Source: Schmidtea polychroa
Taxonomy: Eukaryota
DNA length: 64,000 nucleotides
NCBI GenBank assembly: GCA_044892525.1
Contig: CM097885.1
Location: 11,596,001-11,660,000 of the forward strand
Direction: 5' to 3'
Made by a program: the position numbers and the translations under genes. The notes under the pieces were generated by a model. That model searched no databases, was not told the DNA's origin, and saw nothing but the letters and a program-made list of their open reading frames with translations. The first letter of the stretch is position 1, and every line of letters begins with the position of its first letter. Shown one piece after another: positions 26,505-38,384 of this stretch.

Positions 26505-28274
26505 GTGGTGAAAATAATAAATAAAGATGCAGACCGTGGATTATTCACATTCTATTGCAATTTATACTTGAAAATGAAGATTACGAAATATTAACGAATA
26601 CATTCTTATAATACAAAGAAAAAAAGAAATAATTCCTAAAATAATAATAAGTTGTCTCCAAACATTAGATAATTTGAAAAAAAATATTATTTGTTTTAAA
26701 TATCAAAAAATAAGAAAAAAATAATAGTTTTCTCTCTTTTATGTTATTTATATTAAATAACAATAAATCAATAAAACTATTGAAAATAGCCAGAAATATT
26801 TGTCACATCCTTTATCAAGTGTTAATCAACCAATTGTTGCTCTGTATTACACATATGAATAGAAATTGATAATAATTTACTTTTTTAGGTTTTTAGTTTT
26901 ATATTTTTTAGTTATCCTAATAATCTTACGTATAACCTGTACTTTATAAATTTCAATAATTTCCATAAAAAATAAAATTCTTCGCGTATAACCCGTCCTT
27001 AAAATAGAGTCAATATAATCTCTACCTATGAATGTACTTTTACACGCTGTCATACAAATACTATATATTAATACATCCATACAATAAACTTGACAACCAA
27101 CGGAAGAAGACCATTTTCCAACTTGTGAAAAACACGTGCCATTGTTTACGAACTTTAATTCAATACAAATATAAATCTTGTTAAATAATAAAATAATAAT
27201 TTATATAATATCTATTAGTTTTGAAAATGTTCTATTCATATTATAAATGTTAGGGATTTAAAATTAACAAAAATGCCACCGAAACATAAGTCACATACCG
27301 CCAAATTCAAAAAGGGCATCAGAAAAATCAAATTTTACAGAAGTTTTATGTTGTAGGGCTGAAGAGACCAAATGTGGGCCAATGGTAATATTCAAACTGA
27401 AACCGGCGCCAAAAGGTTTTGTGAACACAGTATCACTAAAAGAATGGATGAATGAAGAAATTATGGACCAATCGCTTGAAAAGGTTTTGCGTAGAAGAAA
27501 AGATTCATTTTTTAAGACAAAATCTCTTTTAATTTATAATTCTCTTCTCTCGTCTCTCACTCCTGACAATATAGTGATATTCTAGAAGCATTTAATATTG
27601 AGTCTGACGAAGAGTTTAATGGTTTTGAATAAAATTTAATTATATTATGTGATATGTATGAAACCTTTGTAACTTTTAATAAAACTTCTAAGACAAATAT
27701 TAAAATTTTAAAAATATTATATTTAATAAAAGAAATTCATGTATTACCCTCACCTATCGTATAACCCGCGAGTAGTAGGATGTGGGCCATCCAGATCATG
27801 TCCCCTCCAGATCACATATACCCCCTCCCCCCCCCCCACCCCCCCGGGGAAAAAATTTTTTTTTTAAATAAAAGGTCAAGGTCATTTATTTTTTTTTAAT
27901 TAAATTTTTTGTTTTAATTAAGTGATCCAGAGGGGACCTACTTTTTTTCTTCCCAAAAATTAATGTTCCCGCCAACATATTATATTGGACGATACCTCAT
28001 CTTCAAGCTCAGTCCAAGACCTTTCGAATGAGCTATAGGTATCATATATATCTTTAATAGTTTTAATGTTATTAACATTTAATGACCACCATCTTTTCAA
28101 AGTTAAATTATTATTATTTGTCAAAATATTATTAAGTGATCCAGAGGGGACCTACTTTTTGTCATCCCAAAGATTAATGTTCCCGCCAACATATTATATT
28201 GATCGATAGCTTATTTTAAAGCTCTGTGCAAGACCTTTCTAAGGAGATATAGATTTCTATAATATGATGACTCA

Positions 28275-28985
28275 TCACATTTTTAAAACAAAGACAATGA
28301 CTCGTCATATTTTTAGAACGATGCCTAATATTTTTAGAATGATTACGTCATAATTTTAGAACGATGTCTATTATTTTTAGAATGATGCCTAATATTTTTA
28401 GAATGATTACGTCATACTTTTAGAACGATGCCTATTATTTTTAGAATGATGTCTAATATTTTTAGAACGATTACGTCATACTTTTAGAACGATGCCTAAT
28501 ATTTTTAGAATGATTACATCATACTTTTAGAACGATGCCTATTATTTTTAGAACGATGCCTTTTAATTTTAGAATGATGCCTAATATTTTTAGAACTATT
28601 ACGTAATCGATGTCTAATATTTTTAGAATGATGCCTAATATTTTTAGAATGATGCCTAATATTTTTAGAACTATTACGTAATCGATGTCTAATATTTTTA
28701 GAACGAAGCCTAATATTTTTAGAATGATTACGTCATAATTTTAGAACGATGCCAAATATTTTTAGAATGATGCCTAATATTTTTAGAACGATTACGTCAT
28801 ACTTTTAGAACGATGCCTAATATTTTTAGAATGATTACGTAATACTTTTAGAACGATGCCTAATATTTTTAGAACGATGCCTAATATTTTTAGAACGATT
28901 ACGTCATAATTTTAGAACGATGCCTAATATTTTTAGAATGATTACGTCATAATTTTAGAACGATGCCTAATATTTTTAGAACTAA
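28275..28985 (+). repeat. Minisatellite of 21-24-bp units (tttttagaaYgatgcctaata / tttagaatgattacgtcata)
   Basis: About 30 direct units visible. Confidence 0.95.
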
Positions 28986-29120
28986 TAATTTTGTTTTAAT
29001 TATCGATGATTATATAATTTTGTTTAAATCATAGATTATATAATTCTTTTGTTTTAATTATCGAATACGTAATAATATAATTTTGTTTAAATCGTTGATT
29101 ACATATTATTATTTTCTAAG

Positions 29121-29171
<51 letters not shown>

Positions 29172-29306
29172 CTATCCGACAAAATATTCTGTCCCCCTAT
29201 GGGTACTGCACACAAATGTACTACTCACATTCAACAAGTCACAAGGGTACTGCTCACACTCAATATGTCGTAAATTATTATTATTATTATTTCAAATACA
29301 AGTTCA

Positions 29307-29385
<79 letters not shown>

Positions 29386-29763
29386 TATTATTACGCGCAC
29401 GGGGAATATTATTATCATATATACTCTTAATCTATCCGACAAAATATTCTATCCCTTTATTGGTATTTCTCATATGGGTAATGGTCAAAGGTGTACTACT
29501 CACATTCAACATGTCTCAAAGGGTATAATATAATTATTATTAAATTCTGACCAACTTAAATCAATGAAGGGGTAGAACAAAAATATATTAAGTTGCGGTA
29601 TTTTAAATTTAAAAATATTTTAAAAACTTATTTTGACACTAAAGTTTACTTAATTAACAAAGACATAATTATTGCACATGCTTTGCATAAATATTATTAT
29701 TTTTTAAATTTTCAATATTTTCTTTTAAAGTATTAACACGCGCGGGAGTTATTATTATTATTA

Positions 29764-29870
<107 letters not shown>

Positions 29871-30171
29871 GTTAATGAAAAATCTAAAATATGGTTTACA
29901 CACACAACCCCTCAACCATTATTATTATTATTGCAAATATTAGTCAAAAACCTAAAATATTATTTACACTCACACAACCCATTAACAATTATTATTATCA
30001 ATATTAGTGAAAACCTAAAATATTTTCTACACACACACACACACAACCCATTAACCATTATTATTATTGCAAATATTAGTCAAAAACATAAAAACACTCA
30101 TAAACCATTATTATTATCAATATTCGTGAAAACCTCAAATATTTTTTACACGCATATACAACCCATTAAAC

Positions 30172-30216
<45 letters not shown>

Positions 30217-30592
30217 ATTATTATTATTATTAGTGAAAAAACCTTAAATAATTTTTACACACTAAGTTATGGGGTAGAGAATTATTATATGTTTGCAGTA
30301 TTCTGTGTTTACCTTTACATGAAGTTGTCAATAAGGAGCGATAATTTTACACACACATTCTATATACACATACCTTGTTTAACATGGGTGTATATACTCC
30401 TAGTCTATCCGACAAAATATTCTGTCCCCCTATGGGTAATGGTCACAAGGGTACTACTCACACTCAACATGTCGCAAGGGTATATTAATTATGGTTAGTA
30501 AATAAAACTTATCACACACACTATTTTTAATAATATTTAAACGATAAAAATCAAGACAAGAGAGGACAAGGCAAAGTGTATGCATTTAGTAT

Positions 30593-30709
30593 TGCCAGGC
30601 CTAATGAGCAGTGATCAAATATCTGTGCCTGAAAGACACGGTGGATATTTGTTCGCGTCCACAAGGGTCGTCTGTGCCTTCCCCAAGTGGGGTCAGAAGA
30701 ACCTGGGCA
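30593..30709 (+). ncRNA. Twister-ribozyme-like structured RNA (copies at 33744-33860 + and 42103-42219 -)
   Basis: Element order CCAGG..UAA-UGA-GC-[hairpin]-GGGU..GC-CU-[CCCC/GGGG]-UCA-GA-AG..CCUGG; loop L4 is non-canonical. Confidence 0.4.
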
Positions 30710-30839
30710 TTATAGCTTTCCGTATGGAACATTACGCCTAGCATGGGTAGTCAACTACCAGCACATTCGAAACGTATAATTTCAAAATACATGCGTCATT
30801 GGCACTATAACCAAATTAATTAATGTTTTCACTAACACA

Positions 30840-30915
30840 AATATATATTTACAGAGGCCTCTCACTAGTTGGATTACAACCGCCCACCACGACGATCAGC
30901 TTGTAAATATATATT
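30840..30915 (-). ncRNA. SRP Alu-domain-like element, copy A
   Basis: Variant starting GCU (pairs with GGC) and with AGA in helix 4. Confidence 0.6.
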
Positions 30916-32430
30916 AATTAAGGGATAAAGAGGACCCACCCAACCCTATTATATTTAATTTACAAATTTTTCTCGCTCTTCTGTTGGTAATCTATCTCAA
31001 AATTAATCTCTCCATCGGGCCATTTGGAATACATCTTGCGAATTGGACATATTTCTTAGTTTCTGATGTGGTGTCAACTATCATTGCTAAAATTTATATT
31101 GATTTAAAAGCAATTAACTTACATTATCTAACATTTTATCATCACAGGCTTGATAAATTAGGCAACTGTTATTTGTGGTATACTTTTTCAATGTCATTTC
31201 CCACCATAAAACACAGATACCTAAATATAATATATATATTTTAAAGAATTAATTCATGTCTTACATTAATAATAATATTCTTCAGGTAGTACTTTACAAT
31301 ATCTAATTGCTAAAACATCGGTTTTTCCCATTTTTCTTGACAATCGTTGAAAGTTTACATAATTTAAGTCTGATAATTCATGTTGAAGGACACCCACAAT
31401 CAGCTAATTCATTTAAGAAATCCGGAACTATAACTCCTTTAGTGTTTCACCATTTTGTCTGGTTCATTTTTTTCTATAATTCATGTTTTAATAAGAAATT
31501 TCTAAATCCAGAACATAAGTCATTTAGTGTTTCACCATTTTGTCTGGTTCATCTTCTTCATAATCATATAATTCATTTTCTTCATTACTAAGTAAAATAA
31601 TTAAAATATTGTAGTAAATTCTTTATTTACTTACTTTATGGATACTAAAACGAAAGAAATAAAGTTATATCAAAAGTATATTTAAATAAATTAAATTTAA
31701 ATAATTTAATTTAGTTATTTAAAAATATTTAAACAATTTAGTTATTTAAGAATATTTAAACATTAACATTATTATATAGTATAATTTTATATAATATTAT
31801 AATTTTATGTACACTTATATATCCTTCATTTAATTTTTTAAATTCAAAATTTATAATGAAGATTCTTTGAATTAAAAAATATTCTGTTAGTATTTCCAGG
31901 CAGTAAACAACGAATTCAATAATTAAAATCTTAATTTTCATGTTGTTAGGGTTATGGCCAGAATTTAATCGCCATCTAATCGTTTGTTCTCAATTTCGCT
32001 CATTTTTGTTCAAAACATTCAGGTGAGTTGTTATCTGGAAAGTTTCTTTGAGCTCAGTTTTGTTAAAACACTCACGGTATTTTTGAGGGACGTGACACTG
32101 GGAATAAATTAACAATGGGTGGTCTTGCATACATGTTGTTGGTTTGAACTGTTGATTTATTTTAGAAATATGTATATTAAAAACATTTAAGGTATCATTC
32201 AGTAAAATAATATAGTATTTTTGAGTATTTTTAGTTGATTTATAAATAACAGTATTTTGATATATCAATAAAGACCATATACTCCTAGTTTATCCGACAA
32301 AATATTCTGTCCCCCTATGGGTACTGCTCACAAGGGTACTGCTCACAATCAACAACTCGCTAGGGTATTATTAGTATTATTAATAATGACTAAGATATTT
32401 TCAAAGAATTATTATTACAACTCCCAAGAA

Positions 32431-32490
<60 letters not shown>

Positions 32491-32760
32491 CATGTATTTT
32501 TAGAACGATGACTCATTCGATGACTCATACGATGACTCATAAATTATTATTATTTTCAAAAATATTATTAAGTGGTCTGGTGGGCTCCTGGTTTTCGTTT
32601 GCTCAAAACTTAATGTTCCCACCAACAGATTTTATTGATCTATAGCTCATTTTAAGGCCCAGTGCGAGATCTATCTACTGATATATAAATATTATTATCA
32701 TCATTATTATTGGGAATGATATTAACATCCGCGCGAAAGATGTTATTTTCAAAGTTTTAA

Positions 32761-32816
<56 letters not shown>

Positions 32817-33321
32817 GTTAATGAAAAATCTAAAATATGGTTTACACACACAACCCCTCAACCATTATTATTATTATCAATATTAAAAACCTAAAATATT
32901 TTCTACACACACACATGCACAACTCATTAACCATTATTATTATCATTATTAGTGAAAACCTAAAATATTTTTTACACACACACAACCCATTAACCATTAT
33001 TATTATTATTATCAATATTAAAAACCTAAAATATTTTTACACACACACATACAACTCATTAAACTTATTATTATTATTATTATTGCAAATATTAGTCAAA
33101 AACCTAAAATATTATTTACACTCACACAACTCATTAACCATTATTATTATCATTATTAGTGAAAACCTAAAATATTTTCTACACACACACACACAACCCA
33201 TTAACCATTATTATTATTGCAAATATTAGTCAAAAACATAAAAACACTCATAAACCATTATTATTATCAATATTCGTGAAAACCTCAAATATTTTTTACA
33301 CACATATACAACCCATTAACA

Positions 33322-33381
<60 letters not shown>

Positions 33382-33990
33382 ATTATTATTATTATTAGTG
33401 AAAAAACCTTAAATAATTTTTACATACTAAGTTATGGAGTAGAGTATTATTATGTTTGCAGTATTCTGTGTTAGCCTTTACATGAAGTTGTCAATAAGGA
33501 GCGATAATTTTACACACACATTCTATATACACATACCTTGTTTAACATGGGTGTATATACTCCTAGTCTATCCGACAAAATATTCTGTCCCCCTATGGGT
33601 ATTGCTCACAAGGGTACTACTCACATTCAACATATCGCAAGGGTATATTAATTAAGGTTAGTAAATAAAACCTATCACACATACTATTTAAACGATAAAA
33701 ATCAAGACAAGAGAGGACAAGGCAAAGTTTATGCATTTAGTATTGCCAGGCCTAATGAGCAGTGATCAAATATCTGTGCCTGAAAGACACGGTGGATATT
33801 TGTTCGCGTCCACAAGGGTCGTCTGTGCCTCCCCCAAGTGGGGTCAGAAGAACCTGGGCATTATAGCTTTCCGTACGGAACATTACGCCTAGCATGGGTA
33901 GTCAACTACCAGCACATTCGAAACGTATAATTTCAAAATACATGCGTCATTGGCACTATAACCAAATTAATTAATGTTTTCACTAACACA

Positions 33991-34066
33991 AATATATATT
34001 TACAGAGGCCTCCCACTAGTTGGATTACAACCGCCCACCACGACGATCAGTTTGTAAATATATATT
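33991..34066 (-). ncRNA. SRP Alu-domain-like element, copy B
   Basis: Reverse complement of 41897-41972. Confidence 0.65.
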
Positions 34067-37000
34067 AATTAAGGGATAAAGAGGACCCACCCAACCCTAT
34101 TATATTTAATTTACAAATTTTTCTCGCTCTTCTGCTGGTATTCTATCTCAAAATTATCATCTCCATCGGGCCATTTGGAATACATCTTGCGAATTGGACA
34201 TATTTCTTAGTTTCTGATGTGGTGTCAACTATCATTGCTAAAATTTATATTGATTTAAAAGCAATTAACTTACATTATCTAACATTTTATCATCACAGGC
34301 TTGATAAATTAGGCAACTGTTATTTGTGGTATACTTTTTCAATGTCATTTCCCACCATAAAACACAGATACCTAAATATAATATATATATTTTAAAGAAT
34401 TAATTCATGTCTTACATTAATAATAATATTCTTCAGGTAGTACTTTACAATATCTAATTGCTAAAACATCGGTTTTTCCCATTTTTCTTGACAATCGTTG
34501 AAAGTTTACATAATTTAAGTCTGATAATTCATGTTGAAGGACACCCACAATCAGCTAATTCATTTAAGAAATCCGGAACTATAACTCCTTTAGTGTTTCA
34601 CCATTTTGTCTGGTTCATTTTTTTCTATAATTCATGTTTTAATAAGAAATTTCTAAATCCAGAACATAAGTCATTTAGTGTTTCACCATTTTGTCTGGTT
34701 CATCTTCTTCATAATCATATAATTCATTTTCTTCATTACTAAGTAAAATAATTAAAATATTGTAGTAAATTCTTTATTTACTTACTTTATGGATACTAAA
34801 ACGAAAGAAATAAAGTTATATCAAAAGTATATTTAAATAAATTAAATTTAAATAATTTAATTTAGTTATTTAAAAATATTTAAACAATTTAGTTATTTAA
34901 GAATATTTAAACATTAACATTATTATATAGTATAATTTTATATAATATTATAATTTTATGTACACTTATATATCCTTCATTTAATTTTTTAAATTCAAAA
35001 TTTATAATGAAGATTCTTTGAATTAAAAAATATTCTGTTAGTATTTCCAGGCAGTAAACAACGAATTCAATAATTAAAATCTTAATTTTCATGTTGTTAG
35101 GGTTATGGCCAGAATTTAATCGCCATCTAATCGTTTGTTCTCAATTTCGCTCATTTTTGTTCAAAACATTCAGGTGAGTTGTTATCTGGAAAGTTTCTTT
35201 GAGCTCAGTTTTGTTAAAACACTCACGGTATTTTTGAGGGACGTGACACTGGGAATAAATTAACAATGGGTGGTCTTGCATACATGTTGTTGGTTTGAAC
35301 TGTTGATTTATTTTAGAAATATGTATATTAAAAACATTTAAGGTATCATTCAGTAAAATAATATAGTATTTTTGAGTATTTTTAGTTGATTTATAAATAA
35401 CAGTATTTTGATATATCAATAAAGACCATATACTCCTAGTTTATCCGACAAAATATTCTGTCCCCCTATGGGTATTGCTAGCAAGGGTACTGGTCACACT
35501 CAACAAGTCGCAAGGGTATATTAATCATTTAGAAATTCTTAGGTAAGATAATCAGAAATTTGTGAATATTTTAAATGTAACTTTACACTTATGTCGAGCG
35601 ACTAATTTATTGGTTAACTTTTTAGACATTTAAAGCAAAAGGTAATTTATTCATCTAATGTTCGTTACAATAGTTAATAATATGAGAAAAACATGGTCAT
35701 TATTCATTGATAATTTTAAATTCTTTATCATTTAGAGTAAATTTGTTTGAGGCAAAAATAATTAAAGGAGTCATAATAGAAATATGGTTATCATTTATCC
35801 AATTAAGGGGCTTATTAGTTAGAAATATATATTATAAAGTAACAATTATTTTCTAATTTAATTAGATGATCATTAGACGTAATATATCTTTGCGAGAAAT
35901 TTAAAATGTTTGAGTAACCAAAACATGGATATTTTGTGCGATAAATTTATGAATATTGGTTAATTTTGTTATTTTTAGTCATTTAAAATAATATTTAGCA
36001 AAGGTAATTTAGCAAAATATCATTTATCCACCCGATAACAATATTCCTTCAAAAGATTAACTGATATTCAACCTATTTAATTTCTAATTAAAATCATAAA
36101 TTTCCTTCAATAAAGTTAAATTTTCTATAGTTGTCGATTTCCAACTTTTAAGTCAATATTTCTCAAGTTTTGTCACCGATATCCCCACAATGAATATCCG
36201 TCTATAACATGTTAAATAAAGGTAAATAATTTAAAGCAATAACCCTTGATATCATTCTCAATTAATTCTAAAGATTTCAGATATTTCATTGTCAAAACCA
36301 AGTAAATAAACACCTAATTGATCATTAACCCTAAACGACTTAATAAAACCGTGGATAATTAATAGATAAAAACTTGTTCTAAAACATAAATCTAAATTAC
36401 TGTGGAATAACATTCATCACGACCTAATAAACCTCTAAAACGATATAAGTTCACTGGAATTATTATTAATTCATAGCTAAATACTGACTATTTCCTTTGA
36501 AAATTTGATATTTTACCAATAAGAACATTGTCGATTTAAATAGAGATTTCAAAACATGTCCACCTTAACCGATCCCTCACCAAATATTTCTAGCATTTTA
36601 AAAACCCCCTTAAAAATCATATATTACCATCTTAACCGAACCTTCACTAAATCCAACCGACTTTAATATATCAATTCTCTTAAAATCCATGGGAAATCCT
36701 TCAAAATATGAATTTTATTTAATTGTTAAAAACATTCTTCCATTGAAATAATTTAGTAGCTAAATTCAAAGAGTCCACTAAAAGATCAAAATAAATATTT
36801 AACCACATGTATCATCAAATACCTAACTAGAGATGATAATATCTCATTGATTGATCATAATTCTTCATCGATTCAACTAATTATAGCCATTACAACATGA
36901 TATATCTTTCAAACTAAATTTCAGTATATTTTACAATAATTTTCAAGTAGATTTCAAATATATCATCATCATGAAAAAATTAGCTGGTTTCAACTTTAGA

Positions 37001-37408
37001 TTTTCAATATTTTAAAGTTCATCAATGTGTAAATATTCTTAGAAAAATATATGAAAAATTATTTAGTCAAATTATCATTACAAAGTCATCATCAAAATTA
37101 ATTTTTATTTAAAATTTAAAAACAAGTCAATAAAATATAGCAAATTATCAAGAAATTAATTAAATTTATCTTAGAATTAACACTAAACCTTAAATATTCT
37201 TTCAATTAACATGAAATTCACAAAAAATGTTAGTAAAATCCCGCTAAATCTAAAAAATTACCAATGAATTTAATGCTAAATAATAACCAAAAATTTGCCT
37301 AAATAAAATCATTAAAACACAACAGTACCTTTACGACCAGTACCTTTACGAGCAGTACCAATTGTGAACAGTACCCATAGAGGGAGAAAATATCTTGTCG
37401 GATAAACT

Positions 37409-37672
37409 CAGAGTATATATAATAAAACGAATTAACAATAACTCCATCAAATTGAATCAGTCAAATTAACACAAATTTTAATAAAAAATCTTATTCTAAA
37501 ATGGTAAGCAGCATAATATCGAAAGATAATTTTGATAACACAGAGTATATATAATAAAACGAATTAACAATAACTCCATCAAATTGAATCAGTCAAATTA
37601 ACACAAATTTTAATAAAAAATCTTATTCTAAAATGGTAAGCAGCATAATATCGAAAGATAATTTTGATAACA
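37409..37672 (+). repeat. 132-bp tandem duplication present only in the left arm
   Basis: cagagtatatataataaaacg...ttttgataaca repeated at 37409 and 37541; single copy in the right arm. Confidence 0.92.
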
Positions 37673-38384
37673 CAGAGATAAAATTAACAATATTATTCTC
37701 AGGTGGTAAGAATCATCATTATTCTATGATTAATTAATAATGAAATTCAAAAAAGTGAAAATAAGTGTTTAAATTATTCATTAATGGTATGTAAATGTAA
37801 ATATAGCGAGAAGTGGCGTAGATAAGATGGAAATTTATTAATTGCATTTATTTAAAATTATTTCATGAAATTCATAAAATTTATAAAAATGATCACTTTA
37901 ATAAAAAATATTTAATAAAATTTTCAAAGAAATATTTGTTGGGAGGATTATTGGAAAATCGGGGGCTATAAGTGATGAAGATATATAAAATTATTTCTAA
38001 TATATGAGTTACTAACGAATTAAAATATTTTAATAATGGGATAAAAATTTATTTTTATAAAGTATTTAATCCACAAATGACAAACATACATAACAAATGT
38101 TATTTGACTGAGCAATTATGATAAATTCATATTTTAAATTTGATTAACTACTTTAATATTGAAATAATAATTATTATATTTACTATTTATCACTAAATAT
38201 TTCAAAAGCAAATATTCTAATAGATAATTTAAGATACATTACTCTTTTCACTCAAAATGATCTCTCAAAGTTAAGAAGGAAACAAAGTGTGTCAGAACAC
38301 ATATCCAGCATTCACTTTACATAAATATATGAAAACACCAAGTAATCAATGATAATAGAGGGATAACAGACTCAAACATAAAAT

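Larger units (their letters stand above)
32816..37713 (+). repeat. Left arm (inner part) of the giant inverted repeat
   Basis: Reverse complement of 38385-43140; identical ORF translations on opposite strands with coordinate sums of 75963. Confidence 0.95.

Noticed and set aside
28275..28985. CRISPR-like appearance of the short-repeat array
   Set aside because: Units abut with no unique spacers, there are no cas genes, and the context is eukaryotic; it is a minisatellite.
30570..30810. RNase P/MRP, U1/U4 snRNA, hammerhead, or Fanzor omega-RNA identity
   Set aside because: The conserved boxes are absent or out of order, and no TnpB/Fanzor ORF is present.
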